Below are positions 38,902 through 49,729 of a stretch of 64,000 nucleotides of DNA, piece after piece (within the stretch, counting starts at the first letter, position 1; each line of letters opens with the position of its first letter). The notes beneath the pieces were generated by a model. The model was not told where the DNA came from. It saw only the letters and a program-made list of their open reading frames with translations, and ran no database searches. The stretch lies in assembly GCA_965652295.1 (NCBI GenBank), contig CBFGTS010000013.1:51258-115257 (forward strand), read 5' to 3'. The position numbers were made by a program, and so were the translations under genes. Origin of the DNA: an uncultured Haloferula sp. (GTDB lineage: Bacteria; Verrucomicrobiota; Verrucomicrobiia; Verrucomicrobiales; Akkermansiaceae).

Positions 38902-39669
38902 TCAAGCGGAGCGTCGGCGCCGAAGGAACCCAAGCAGACCGATGCCGCCGAGGAGCGCTATCGACGGCTCGGGAACTGCAAACGTTTCGAAGGTGATGCC
39001 ATCGACCCGAAAACCTCCGACATCACCGGAGAAGATGGCGGCGACCGCCCCGGAATCTCCGCCAACGCGATACATGTTGAGGCTGCTCACATCGAAGGTT
39101 CCCGCAGCCAGGCTCTCTCCGACCGGGTTGAAAGTGATCGAGTCCCGGGTCAGCAGGTTGACGACCGTGAAGGTCTCGTCCACCGGGTCGGCCCCACGTC
39201 CGACATTCTGCACGTTGATTCCGGTGATACGCACTCCGACCGAAGAAGAGATCGAGGTAAGCTCGTCGAGATAGATCGTGATCCCTTCGTGATCTCCGCC
39301 GAACGCGCCACCGATCCCTCCCGCATTCGGATTGCCGACCACTCCCATGTAGCCGTCACCATCACGGTCGAAGGTGCCCTCCGTCAGCTCGTCCCCGATA
39401 TTCGCGCCAAAGACGCTCATGTTCTTGGCGGCATCGAAGGTGACACCCACCGTGCCGCCAAAGGCTCCGGGTTCACTGACGCTTCCGCTCAGACTGAACC
39501 ACGGACTTCCGGTGGTCACGACACCGGTCCCGTCGATGAAAACATTCAGGTCGATCTGGGACTGGCCGTCGGAATCATTGATCGAATCGATCAGCACGGC
39601 TCCGCTGGCCGCGGGAAGGGACAGAGCGCCGAAGACAGCGGCGAGGGGGAGGAAGAAATACTTGCTCAT
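38902..39669 (-). CDS. PEP-CTERM surface protein
   Basis: signal peptide MSKYFF..; VPEPS + TM + RRRR. Confidence 0.9.
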   Translation of the reverse strand: MSKYFFLPLAAVFGALSLPAASGAVLIDSINDSDGQSQIDLNVFIDGTGVVTTGSPWFSLSGSVSEPGAFGGTVGVTFDAAKNMSVFGANIGDELTEGTFDRDGDGYMGVVGNPNAGGIGGAFGGDHEGITIYLDELTSISSSVGVRITGINVQNVGRGADPVDETFTVVNLLTRDSITFNPVGESLAAGTFDVSSLNMYRVGGDSGAVAAIFSGDVGGFRVDGITFETFAVPEPSIALLGGIGLLGFLRRRRSA

Positions 39670-39848
39670 GTGATTGGGTTGTTTTGGGGCTTTCGTGTTG
39701 CGAGGTCGGTATTTCCACCCTTGGTCAAGCGTTCGGATTTTTTGAGAAATTCCTGCTTCCCCCATTCGTGAGCACAGGGGTGATCCACACCTTGGAAGCA
39801 CCGATCTCCAGATCACCCGGAGTCGCCTCGGCCTCACAAAAGGAATGC

Positions 39849-41369
39849 TCAGCGAGGACCCTTCGCGATTTCACGGATGCGCGCCTCACTCAGGGCCGCG
39901 TCGAAAACCATCACCTCGTCGATCGCTCCCTGGAACGCCTTTGCGATGCTTCGCGGATGCGCAGGGACATAGCCGATCATCAGTGGCGCTCCGCCTGCGC
40001 GGGTGCTCGGCATCCGCGGACTGGTGGTAGTGCTGGTCAACGTCGGATGGAAGGCCTCCCGGAATCCATCCACATACAGCCTCACCATGTCCGCCTCGCC
40101 GCTCCCACCTGCGGACCCACCCTGCCCTTCGAACACCCCCGCCACATGATGCCAGCGCCCGTCGGCCAGGTCCGTGGTGCCTGTGAAAAGAAATTGGTCG
40201 AAGGACAGACGCAGCCGGGCCGGAGCGCCGGGCTTGTCGCGGATGACCAGCAGCTCTGATTTCCCCGCAAAGCCGATCGTCGGAACGCCCCAGCCGGCGA
40301 TGGACTGGTATTGCTGCCATGGATGATCGGGGGCACACCGGATCCACGCACAGATGGTGCGCGGGCGGTCGCCGAGGATCCCCTCCCAGTTGGTCATCAC
40401 GCGCCCGTTCTTCCCGGGGCTCACGGCACGTCCCGCGCGGCCGTCTTCGAAGCCAACGCCACCCTTCGTCCACGACCGGGTCGAGCCGATCGCCGGATGA
40501 TTGCCCCTCACTTCCAGCCCCCCTCCATCAAGGGCCTCCATGGTGAAGCGCATATAGGGCAGGTCGTCCGGCAACGCGGTGTAGAAGCCCGAGGCATCCA
40601 GCTCGGTGGCCTGCAGGCGGCCGATGAATGAGATTCCGACGGCCTCACCCGCGCCGAGTTCCCGCTTCTCCTTCACTCCACTGCGTGCGGAAACCGAAAC
40701 CCGCCCCTCGAACACATGCACCTCGCAGTTGCGGGCGGGATCCCGTGGGAAATGAACTCCGAACGAGGTCCCCAGGTCCACCACCTCCACACGCGGCGAG
40801 CTGACCTTGAAGCCCACGGCCTCCGGCGAAACCAGGAACCGGCCGCTGCCATGACTCATCGTAAGCTCACTGCTGCTCTTGAAAACCAGCTGTGCCGGAC
40901 CCGAAATGATCCCGTGCACGCCTTTGCTGAAGCTCAGTTCCAGCGTGCCGGATTCGATCCGCAGGGCATCGCCCGGCTGGATCTCCTTCCCGCTCGCCGC
41001 GTCCTTCTTGACCAGGGACCATTGCGAGTTCGGCGCCGCCCTGACGGAAACCATCCGGTCGGGCTCGGACATCACCAGCCGCATCACCACGCCCACCAAC
41101 AGCAGGACGGCCGCCGCCGCCAGACCGGCCGACCACAACGCCCGACGCCGCTGGCGGATCATCATCGCCTCCATCGGAATCAGCGGCTTCAAATCACACC
41201 CCGCCTCCATTTCGCGTATCAGAAACTCATCGACAAGGAAGCTCTCGCGAAAGATCCGCCGAAACTCCGATGAATCCCGTAGTTCCTCCTGCACCAGACC
41301 GAACTCCTCCGCCGTCGCCGATTTCTCAACGACCTTCTGGACCAGCTGTTCGAACTCAAGGCGCTTCAT
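39849..41369 (-). CDS. FecR-like anti-sigma factor with C-terminal LamG/ConA-like domain
   Basis: single TM, VVDLGTSFGV..EVHVFEGRV (FecR), RTICAWIR..WHHVAGV..FQGAIDEV (LamG); overlaps ECF sigma stop. Confidence 0.85.
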   Translation of the reverse strand: MKRLEFEQLVQKVVEKSATAEEFGLVQEELRDSSEFRRIFRESFLVDEFLIREMEAGCDLKPLIPMEAMMIRQRRRALWSAGLAAAAVLLLVGVVMRLVMSEPDRMVSVRAAPNSQWSLVKKDAASGKEIQPGDALRIESGTLELSFSKGVHGIISGPAQLVFKSSSELTMSHGSGRFLVSPEAVGFKVSSPRVEVVDLGTSFGVHFPRDPARNCEVHVFEGRVSVSARSGVKEKRELGAGEAVGISFIGRLQATELDASGFYTALPDDLPYMRFTMEALDGGGLEVRGNHPAIGSTRSWTKGGVGFEDGRAGRAVSPGKNGRVMTNWEGILGDRPRTICAWIRCAPDHPWQQYQSIAGWGVPTIGFAGKSELLVIRDKPGAPARLRLSFDQFLFTGTTDLADGRWHHVAGVFEGQGGSAGGSGEADMVRLYVDGFREAFHPTLTSTTTSPRMPSTRAGGAPLMIGYVPAHPRSIAKAFQGAIDEVMVFDAALSEARIREIAKGPR

Positions 41370-41962
41370 GCTCCGGCACCTGGCAGTGGTTTCATTTCAC
41401 GTTCGATGCAGCGTCGCAACGCGATCCGGAGGCGGAAAAGCATCCCCCTCACCGAGGCCGACGACACCCCCATCCGGCCCGCAGCGACCTCCAGGTTCCC
41501 GTGCTTCCTGTATCTTGAGAGAAGCAATCCACGGTCTTCAGTGGGCACCTTGAGAAGGCAGCGTCGCAGGGCATCCAGCCGCTCGTCCGCGTCGGGCTTG
41601 TGATCGGAGAACTCCCCGGCCAGGACCTCGATCACGTCCGGGTCGAAGGCGAACTCCCGCCTCTCCCGCGCCCGCTTCTGCCACTTCATCGTCACGTTCC
41701 GTGCAAAGGTGAAAACCCACGCACGAAAGTTGGTGCCGGGCTCGAAATGGCGCCGTTTCTCCATCACCAGCAGATTCACCTCCTGCACGATATCATCGCG
41801 GAAATCCGAGAAGGGAATCAAGTGACCCACGAAGGCGCGCAGCTCCGACTGGATCGCCAAAAGCTCGCAGACGAAGGTCCCCAGCTCCGCATCCCCCCGG
41901 TCGGGAGACGCCTCATCCGCTGATCTCTCGCGGGCTTTGGAAGCGGTCTCGGCGTTGTCCAT
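41366..41962 (-). CDS. ECF sigma-70 factor
   Basis: DDIVQEVN..FEPGTNFRAW region 2; region 4 HTH ..LFRLRIALRRCI. Confidence 0.9.
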   Translation of the reverse strand: MDNAETASKARERSADEASPDRGDAELGTFVCELLAIQSELRAFVGHLIPFSDFRDDIVQEVNLLVMEKRRHFEPGTNFRAWVFTFARNVTMKWQKRARERREFAFDPDVIEVLAGEFSDHKPDADERLDALRRCLLKVPTEDRGLLLSRYRKHGNLEVAAGRMGVSSASVRGMLFRLRIALRRCIEREMKPLPGAGA

Positions 41963-42121
41963 CGTCGTAGAGATTTCCGAAGTCGGGGAAATGTTCGGAA
42001 AAATCAACCGACGCCCGGTTTTTACGAACGGATTCGTCATCCGGGGAATGCAGCCACCGTGGAACGCCATTGGCCCGATCCGTCGGGCCCGAAGCCGGAC
42101 CACGACCCAAAATCCAAGACG

Positions 42122-43837
42122 ATGAAAGCCCTCGCTCTAGCCCTAGCCTTCGTGACAACGACTCATGCCCAAGTCATCATTTCGGACGATTTCGACATCC
42201 CGGGCGATCACTCCACGACGACAGGATTCGATACCGATGGAGTGAACACCGACCTCGTCAACCGTCTTACCGGCCAGGCAGCCATCGACCAGCCCCTCTC
42301 CTACTTCGCCAGTGCGGCCTTCAAGGTCGACACGGCCTACTCGATCGCCAACAACACCCTGCAGGCGACCGCGGTGACGGGAGTCGGCGCGCTCGAATAC
42401 ACCGCCGACGGGTTCACCGCCTTCGACTTCGGCGACTACCTTCGGGGGAAGGTCTACGAGATCCAGCTGACCTTCGACAACGACTCGGTGAACACCGCCA
42501 ACCGGCGTTTCTCCTTCACCCTCGGATCGGCACCAGGCCAGGCTGTCAACGCCTCCCCCTTGAGCATTCAGTTGCAGGCGGACGCCGACCAGGCGGGTGC
42601 CCGGCTCTACAAACGCGTTCGCGCCGCGTCCGACCCCGGTGGCATGGACATCAATCAAGCGATCAGCCCGTCTCTTCCCTATGGTGACCCGGTCGACGTG
42701 CGGCTGGTGATCACCGATGTGGACACCCTTCTCGGCCTTGAGTCTTCTTATGAGATCTATGTCAATGGAGGAGCCACACCGGTTGATAGCGGCGACTTCG
42801 GCATCTCGTCGACCAGCCGCCATCTGATTTTCGATGTCGCCCCGGATACGGGCCCTGTCAGCTACGATGACTTTTCGGTCACCGTCACCGGCGACGCCCC
42901 GGAGCCGCCGGCAATCACCGGAGATCGCTATCTCTACTTCATTGGAAACGACGGCGCGATCTATGGTTTCACCGGCATCGATACCGGCGACGCCCCGGTC
43001 ACCGTCGCCGGCAACTTCACCGCCGGAGTCCTTGAAGCCACCCAGTTCGACTACGCCAGCTACCAGGCATTCACCTCGGACCCCACATCGGGCATCATCT
43101 ACGGCATCAATAGTTTCGGCGATGTCGTCACCTGGCCCACGCTCGCCGATTGGCTGACGAACACCAATGCGGACGTCCCCGCCGATGGCGACCCGCGATT
43201 CGAAGCCTACGGCTCCACCAGCGTCCATGACGCCTCCTACGATGCCAACACCGGCGGGTTCTACGTCGTCTATGAGGGCGGCCCCGAGATCGACGGAGAC
43301 ATCGGCGAATACGCCACCGTCCACGATTTCACCACCAACACGAACGCGGTCGTCACCACCTCGGTTTATGGAGGAAATCTGCTCAACTTCTACTACTGGG
43401 GTGAAGACGCCCCCGGTACCCGCGAGGCACCCAACGACGCACCGGGAGCCAACTACTTCCAGGCCGCCGGCTCGGGCGCACTGGAAGGATTCCAGACGCT
43501 CGCCGACTATGTTTCGGACCCGAACAACCGCACCTTCGGCAAGGGCGGCTTCGCCACCGGTGCCATCGCCGCCTTTGCCCTGCCGATGCCGGTCGAGCCG
43601 GACCTCGACTTCCACATCAGCGACGTGAACCTCGACGGCAGCGGCCTCGTCACCGAAGCCACCCTGGAGTTCCTGCCTCAGCCGTCCACGTCGTACTCGC
43701 TGCTCGCGTCACCGGACCTCGCCACCCCGTTCACGCCCGTCTCTGGATTTGAAAACATCACCTCCTCACCCGTGACGGTTCCGGTACCCGCCGGCTTCGC
43801 GACCCGCGGGTTTTTCCGACTGATGGAAAATCCATGA
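42122..43837 (+). CDS. secreted multidomain protein of unknown function
   Basis: signal peptide; middle domain homologous to sulfatase repeats; C-terminal SPDL...FFRL domain. Confidence 0.8.
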   Translation: MKALALALAFVTTTHAQVIISDDFDIPGDHSTTTGFDTDGVNTDLVNRLTGQAAIDQPLSYFASAAFKVDTAYSIANNTLQATAVTGVGALEYTADGFTAFDFGDYLRGKVYEIQLTFDNDSVNTANRRFSFTLGSAPGQAVNASPLSIQLQADADQAGARLYKRVRAASDPGGMDINQAISPSLPYGDPVDVRLVITDVDTLLGLESSYEIYVNGGATPVDSGDFGISSTSRHLIFDVAPDTGPVSYDDFSVTVTGDAPEPPAITGDRYLYFIGNDGAIYGFTGIDTGDAPVTVAGNFTAGVLEATQFDYASYQAFTSDPTSGIIYGINSFGDVVTWPTLADWLTNTNADVPADGDPRFEAYGSTSVHDASYDANTGGFYVVYEGGPEIDGDIGEYATVHDFTTNTNAVVTTSVYGGNLLNFYYWGEDAPGTREAPNDAPGANYFQAAGSGALEGFQTLADYVSDPNNRTFGKGGFATGAIAAFALPMPVEPDLDFHISDVNLDGSGLVTEATLEFLPQPSTSYSLLASPDLATPFTPVSGFENITSSPVTVPVPAGFATRGFFRLMENP

Positions 43838-43922
43838 CGGTGGATCGGTAAGCGACCTGATGCCTGGCCACAAGGGCTCCCGTCCCAGATCCCAGCCGGA
43901 GCCCTCAAAAAATCATCCTGAC

Positions 43923-45326
43923 ATGTCAGCCGTCACCTTCCGCATCCTGCTCGCCTCCACCCTGCTCCCCGGCACCCTGGCGCTGGCGAAACCCGCGCCG
44001 CCGAACATCGTCCACATCATCGCCGACGACCTCGGTTGGAACGATGTCGGCTTCCATGGCAGCGACATCCCGACGCCCCAGCTCGACCGCCTCGCCGCCA
44101 CCTCCGTGGAGCTCCACCGTTTCTATGTCGCCCCCATCTGCTCGCCCACCCGCGCCGGCACCCTGACCGGCCGCTACCCCTTCCGCTTCGGCATCTGGGA
44201 TGGCGTCTGCAACCCCACCTCACGCCACGGCCTGCCACCCGCCGAAACGACCCTTCCCGAGATGCTCGCCAGCACCGGCTACCCGCAGCGCGCCCTGCTC
44301 GGGAAATGGCATCTCGGCCTCGCCTCTTCGATGTTCCACCCCCTCGAGCACGGCTTCACCACCTTCTACGGCCACTACAACGGTGCCATCGACTACTTTT
44401 CCCGTAGCCGCGCCGGCGAGCTCGACTGGCACCGGGGCCGCGAGGCGTTCATCGAGGACGGATACTCGACCGACCTGCTCGGCAGCGAAGCCGTCCGCAT
44501 CATCCGGGAAAACGAAACGCCGTTCTACCTGTTGATCTCCTTCAACGCACCGCACTCACCCCTGCAGGCGGCTGATGCCGACCTCGCCGCTGTCGGGTTC
44601 GACCCCGCCGCCCCCATCGCCCCCCATACCGAAGCCGACATCGCCAGGCGCGAGAAAGCGCCGCGATACGGCCTCGCCGGCAAGGGCAATACCAAGCGCC
44701 AGACCTTCGCCGCCATGACCCGCGCGCTCGATCGGAACATCGGCCTCATCCTCGACGCCATCGACGCCAGCCCGCGGGCCGCCGATACCCTCGTCATCTT
44801 CCACAGCGACAACGGTGCCGACCCCCACCGCGGCGGCAGCAACTCGCCGCTGCGCGGAAACAAGTTCTCCACCTGGGAAGGCGGCACCCGCGTCGTCGCC
44901 CTGCTCCGCTGGCCCGCCCGCCTCAAGGGCGGCCGCAAGTTCGAGCCACCCACCTGCTACCTCGACCTGCTACCCACCCTCGCCGCCGCCAGCACGACCG
45001 AGCCTCCCTCCGATCTCGATGGCCTCAACCTGCTGCCCGCGCTGGAAGGCACGGCGGAGCTGCCGCAGCGCGACATCCTGCTGGGCAAGGATGCCGTCGT
45101 CTCCGGCCGCTGGAAGCTCCATGGAAACCAGCTCTTCAACCTCGAAACGGATCCACGCGAGCAGCACGACCTCGCCGCCGGACACCCGGAAATCCTCGCC
45201 CGACTGAAAAGTTCAGCCGCTTCCTTCTCCGCCCTCCGCGGCCCGGCCTTCCGCTCCCGCCTGCCCCTGCCCGACGCCTGGCCGCCTGCCGACTGGTCAC
45301 TCCCCGCCGAGCCCGCGGGCCGCTGA
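43923..45326 (+). CDS. arylsulfatase (S1)
   Basis: PNIVHIIADDLG, CSPTR, GKWHLG, APHSP, SDNG, WEGG. Confidence 0.92.
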   Translation: MSAVTFRILLASTLLPGTLALAKPAPPNIVHIIADDLGWNDVGFHGSDIPTPQLDRLAATSVELHRFYVAPICSPTRAGTLTGRYPFRFGIWDGVCNPTSRHGLPPAETTLPEMLASTGYPQRALLGKWHLGLASSMFHPLEHGFTTFYGHYNGAIDYFSRSRAGELDWHRGREAFIEDGYSTDLLGSEAVRIIRENETPFYLLISFNAPHSPLQAADADLAAVGFDPAAPIAPHTEADIARREKAPRYGLAGKGNTKRQTFAAMTRALDRNIGLILDAIDASPRAADTLVIFHSDNGADPHRGGSNSPLRGNKFSTWEGGTRVVALLRWPARLKGGRKFEPPTCYLDLLPTLAAASTTEPPSDLDGLNLLPALEGTAELPQRDILLGKDAVVSGRWKLHGNQLFNLETDPREQHDLAAGHPEILARLKSSAASFSALRGPAFRSRLPLPDAWPPADWSLPAEPAGR

Positions 45327-45478
45327 TCTCGCGGCCGGTGGTGGCTGTTGCGGATGTCACGGGCCAAATACCCCTTCAACACGGCCGGTAGAACGAGTTT
45401 CCGGAGAAGAAGGCGGAGCCCCCGCATTCCCAGTCGGCTCCGCGCCCAATCCCGAAGTTCTGCATTGCCGGCTTCAAA

Positions 45479-45491
45479 CTTAATCGTTTTA
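45479..45491. promoter_or_regulatory. LacI-type operator (degenerate)
   Basis: CTTAATCGTTTTA upstream of GH51. Confidence 0.55.
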
Positions 45492-45549
45492 TTTCGACCT
45501 ACCTTCAACCGACCTGTCCTTCCGTCCTTTTCTCATGCTTCTTCGATTG

Positions 45550-47565
45550 ATGAAAATCCCTGCCCTCACGCGCCTCACCCTCGGACTCTCACTCGCCAGC
45601 CTTCCCTGCGCGGCAGGCACGATCGAAGCGGCGCTCGACGTCTCCAAACGCGGCGCTCCCATCAACCCCTTCATCTACGGCCAGTTCATCGAGCACATGG
45701 GCCGCTGCATCTACGGCGGGATCTACGCCGAAATGCTTGAGGACCGGAAATTCTACTTCCCCATCACCGCGGAGTACTCGCCCTACCGGGGAATCGACAA
45801 TCCCGATTTCCCCGGCCAGCTCGTCGGCGGGGATTTCCCGGTCGTCGGAGCCTCGCCATGGCAGGTCTTCGGGGAAAATGGAAGCGTCACGATGGTGACG
45901 GACGCCGAGCACGTGTTCGTCGGCCGCCACGTGCCGAAGCTCGCCTCCGGCACCGGCATCCGTCAGCTCGATCTCGGTGTCGTGGCAGGCAAGGCCTGCG
46001 AGGGATACATCTGGGCGAAGCCGTCGGACGGTTCCGCCGAGCTGGAAGTCTCCCTGGTCTGGGGGAATCAGCCCGACCAACGGGCCAGCGAGACGTTCGC
46101 CGCGCGGGAAGACGGTTTCACGAAATTCACCTTCTCTTTCACGCCCGGCATGACCTTGCCCACGGGCGCGATCTTCGAGATCCGTAGTATTTCCGGAGAT
46201 GTCTTCCTCGGCCCGCCCTCCTTGATGCCGGGGGACCATGTCGGCGGACTCCGCGCCGACACCCTCGCACTGCTCAAACAGCTCGACGGCACCATCTACC
46301 GTTGGCCGGGTGGAAATTTCGTCAGTGGCTATGATTGGCGCGATGGCATCGGCGACCGCGACCGCCGCCCTCCCCGCAAGAACCCCGCCTGGACAGGCGT
46401 CGAGCACAACGATTTCGGCACCGATGAATTCATCGCCTTCTGCCGCGAAATCGGCACCGAGCCGATGATCGCCGCGAACACGGGCTTCGGCGACGACTAC
46501 TCCGCCGCCCAGTGGGTGGAGTATTGCAACGCCGCCGCCGACACCATCGGAGGCAGCTGGCGCGCCGCCAACGGCCATGCCGAACCCTACGAGGTGAAAC
46601 ACTGGTGCGTCGGCAACGAAATGTTCGGTCCCTGGCAGCTGGGCTTCATGCAAATGCAGCACTACGTGCTGAAGCACAACCGCTTCGCCGAAGCCATGTG
46701 GAAGGTGGATCCGTCACTTGAACTTGTGGCCGTCGGCGACCTCGCCACCATCAACACCGCCTATGACCCCGCCCAGGCGAAGTCGGGCAAGACCTGCTCC
46801 GAGATCATGCTGGAGGAGTGCGCAGATCACATGACCTATCTCTCCGAGCACTTCTACGTCGGCCGTGTCCCTTGGGAGCAGAGCGGCCGCACCGATGTCG
46901 TCACCCACGTCGGCCTGGTCGCGGAAGCCATTCAGAAAAAGGCCGATGGCCACCGCAAGCTCCAGGCCCGCCTGCCGAACCTCGATGGCCGGCTCGTTCC
47001 CCTCGCCATGGACGAATGGAACTACTGGCACCGCGAGTATGCTTACGGTGAACTGGGCTGCATTTACGAGCTTCAGGACGGCCTCGGCATCGCCGCAGGA
47101 CTCCACGCCTTTTACCGCAACAGCGACCTGATCCAGATGGCTCACTATGCCCAGACCGTCAACGTGATCGGCGCGATCAAAACCACCAAGATCGCCGCCG
47201 GCATGGAAACCACCGGCCTCGTGCTGCAGCTCTACCGCGCCCATTTCGGCACGACTCCCGTGGAAATCTCACCCGCTCCCCGGCCTTACGATCTCGCCGC
47301 CGCCCTCAGTTCGGATGGAAGCAAGCTGACCGTGAGCGTGGTCAATCCCACCGCAGAAGCCGTCGCCCTGAAGCTCGCCTTCGGCACCATCGCACCGAGC
47401 GGTTCCGCCACCCGCTGGCATATCAGCGGTCCCGAGGCCACCTCGCACAACACGCCCGGCGAACCACGGACGGTCGACCTCCAATCCAAGGACGGCATCG
47501 ATGCCACCGCGCCTCTCGAGGTCCCCGCCTTGAGCTGTTCGCTGTTCGAAATCCCGATCCGTTGA
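45550..47565 (+). CDS. GH51 alpha-L-arabinofuranosidase
   Basis: YGQFIEHMGRCIYGG, RWPGGNF, VGNE, MDEWN, AQTVNVI. Confidence 0.92.
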   Translation: MKIPALTRLTLGLSLASLPCAAGTIEAALDVSKRGAPINPFIYGQFIEHMGRCIYGGIYAEMLEDRKFYFPITAEYSPYRGIDNPDFPGQLVGGDFPVVGASPWQVFGENGSVTMVTDAEHVFVGRHVPKLASGTGIRQLDLGVVAGKACEGYIWAKPSDGSAELEVSLVWGNQPDQRASETFAAREDGFTKFTFSFTPGMTLPTGAIFEIRSISGDVFLGPPSLMPGDHVGGLRADTLALLKQLDGTIYRWPGGNFVSGYDWRDGIGDRDRRPPRKNPAWTGVEHNDFGTDEFIAFCREIGTEPMIAANTGFGDDYSAAQWVEYCNAAADTIGGSWRAANGHAEPYEVKHWCVGNEMFGPWQLGFMQMQHYVLKHNRFAEAMWKVDPSLELVAVGDLATINTAYDPAQAKSGKTCSEIMLEECADHMTYLSEHFYVGRVPWEQSGRTDVVTHVGLVAEAIQKKADGHRKLQARLPNLDGRLVPLAMDEWNYWHREYAYGELGCIYELQDGLGIAAGLHAFYRNSDLIQMAHYAQTVNVIGAIKTTKIAAGMETTGLVLQLYRAHFGTTPVEISPAPRPYDLAAALSSDGSKLTVSVVNPTAEAVALKLAFGTIAPSGSATRWHISGPEATSHNTPGEPRTVDLQSKDGIDATAPLEVPALSCSLFEIPIR

Positions 47566-47585
47566 AACGCCTGTTGCGCCCACCC

Positions 47586-48434
47586 ATGAAATTCCTCCTC
47601 ACTCTTTTCACTGCTCTCGTCTTCCACGCGATGCCAGCCTCGGCGCAGGATCCAAACTTCCATATCTTCCTCTGCATCGGGCAGTCGAACATGGACGGGT
47701 TCCCCGGCCTGCTGGAAGAGGACAAAGGTCCGGTGGACGAGCGCTTCCGCCTGCTCCCGGCCTTGGATTTCCCCGGACAGAACCGCAAAGCGGGCGAATG
47801 GGACACGGCGGTCCCACCCCTTTCCCGCCCATCCTCCGGATTGGGCCCCGCCGACTACTTCGGGCGGACGCTCGTGGAAAACCTCCCGAAGGATCACCGG
47901 GTGGGCGTGATCCTCGTCACCATCCCCGGCGGCAGGATCGAGGCCTTCGATCCCACGAAAGTCGAAGCCTATGCGGCGGAAGCGCCGGATTGGCTCAAGA
48001 ACTTCATCCGTGAATATGATGGCAATCCTTATCAGCGACTGGTCGAACTCGCAAAGGAAGCCCGGAAGAGCGGAGTCATCCGGGGCATTCTCCTGCATCA
48101 GGGGGAGTCGAACACCGGCGATCAGGAATGGCCGGCCAAGGTGGCGGCGCTCTACAACCGCCTTCTCGACGACCTTGACCTCCAGGCCACTGAGGTTCCG
48201 CTGATCGCGGGCGAAGTGGTGCATGCCGACCAGAACGGAGCCTGCGCCGGCATGAACGCCATCATTCAAACGCTTCCCGAATCCATCCCCACCGCCCACG
48301 TCGTGTCATCGAAGGGATGCTCCGCCGGCGACGATCGCCTTCATTTCACTCCCGAAGGTTACCGGATCCTCGGGAAACGATACGCCGGGGTCATGCTCGG
48401 CTTGCTGCGGGATACGCCCACCCTCAGGGAGTGA
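47586..48434 (+). CDS. CE6/SASA-family acetylxylan esterase
   Basis: GQSNM, HQGESN, DRLHF. Confidence 0.88.
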   Translation: MKFLLTLFTALVFHAMPASAQDPNFHIFLCIGQSNMDGFPGLLEEDKGPVDERFRLLPALDFPGQNRKAGEWDTAVPPLSRPSSGLGPADYFGRTLVENLPKDHRVGVILVTIPGGRIEAFDPTKVEAYAAEAPDWLKNFIREYDGNPYQRLVELAKEARKSGVIRGILLHQGESNTGDQEWPAKVAALYNRLLDDLDLQATEVPLIAGEVVHADQNGACAGMNAIIQTLPESIPTAHVVSSKGCSAGDDRLHFTPEGYRILGKRYAGVMLGLLRDTPTLRE

Positions 48435-49656
48435 ACAAACTGAGATCGACCGCATCGGCCAAAGCCTGGAGACCCGTCGGATTCAAGTGGAGTCCGTCCA
48501 TGCTGTAAGCCGGCAGCATGACCTCCGGATTGCCGGGATCGCGCACCGCTGCATCGAAGTCGATGAAGCCATCGAAGTCCGAATTACGACGAATATAGTC
48601 GTTCACCTTCTGGCGGGCGGCCTCGCGGGCAGGCGTGTGATAACCGCCCAACGGAGTAATCGTAGCCGCATAGGCCTTGATGCCCTTCGCCTTCGCGCGC
48701 CTGGCGAAATCCTTGTAGGCCTTGATCAGCCGGCGCGCACCCTTCCTGGCATTCTTTTCGTCAAAGCTGCCGATGTCATTCACCCCTTCGAAAAGAAGGA
48801 AGTAGCGGACGCCCGCCAGCTCGAGCACATCCCGCTCGAAACGGTCGACCGCCGCTGGTCCCAGCCCGCCGAAAATCGCGTTGCCGCCGATGCCCATGTT
48901 TCCCACGGCGACATCGTCGGTGGCAGGATGAGCGATGAAGCGTTTGGCGAGTTGATCCGGCCACCGGTTCTGGGCATTGGTCGTCGAGCCCAGCCCGTCG
49001 GTGATCGAATCGCCGAGGATCGACACCACCCTGCCCTCCGGCCCTTTCAAGACCTCGACCGCCTGGATGAGATACCAACGCGTGGCCTTGGCCGAGGACG
49101 GCAGCTCGGCCGCCTCAAGCTCGTTTCCCTGCGCAATCAATGAATCGGTGCGCGATCCCCGGTGACCGCTGATCTTCGTGTGGGAAATCTCGCCGAAATG
49201 CAGGCTGATCGCCAGATCCGCAGTGGCCGGCAGACCGAAGGGCAACGGATCGGACACTACATCCTCTCCCGGCATCACCACCGTGCCGGGAGCCCCGAGG
49301 AATGACAGCCGCTTTCCGGTCGATGCCTCGATGGCTCCAGTGCCGATACTCGCCTCATCCGGTGCGAGGGCGATATGAGCCGCGCGGATATGCACCGGCC
49401 CGTCACCGTAGGCGTTCGAGAAACGCACCCGGACCCGGTCTCCCGGAATGGACGTCCGGACGTATTGCCGGAGCGTCGTTTCCGCGAGCGGAACCGGAGG
49501 CAGATCGCCTCCTTGCGCGGTTTCGATCGCCGTGGCCCAGCTTGCAACCCAGTGTTCGTCCACGGCCTCCGCCGCCGCAGCGGGGCCTGACCAGGTAAAG
49601 AAGCCGGCCACGATGGCACCAGCCGGAAGAGGAAGTAAAAATCGCAATGCTTTCAT
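48424..49656 (-). CDS. secreted SGNH/GDSL esterase
   Basis: GDSITDG, GIGGN, EGVNDI, DGLH. Confidence 0.88.
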   Translation of the reverse strand: MKALRFLLPLPAGAIVAGFFTWSGPAAAAEAVDEHWVASWATAIETAQGGDLPPVPLAETTLRQYVRTSIPGDRVRVRFSNAYGDGPVHIRAAHIALAPDEASIGTGAIEASTGKRLSFLGAPGTVVMPGEDVVSDPLPFGLPATADLAISLHFGEISHTKISGHRGSRTDSLIAQGNELEAAELPSSAKATRWYLIQAVEVLKGPEGRVVSILGDSITDGLGSTTNAQNRWPDQLAKRFIAHPATDDVAVGNMGIGGNAIFGGLGPAAVDRFERDVLELAGVRYFLLFEGVNDIGSFDEKNARKGARRLIKAYKDFARRAKAKGIKAYAATITPLGGYHTPAREAARQKVNDYIRRNSDFDGFIDFDAAVRDPGNPEVMLPAYSMDGLHLNPTGLQALADAVDLSLFTP

Positions 49657-49729
49657 GATCGTTGTTGATCCATTCCAAGAGCGCCCGCCCCTGTGGACTC
49701 CCCTTTCCATCTCTCCTTCCCTCTTTGCG

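Noticed and set aside
38977..38990. Operator-like sequences inside coding regions (e.g. GCAAACGTTTCG here, GCAATCGTTTGC near 26662) and weak TGAAGCGATTTC near 62314
   Set aside because: Intragenic or too divergent from the ten intergenic sites; likely chance
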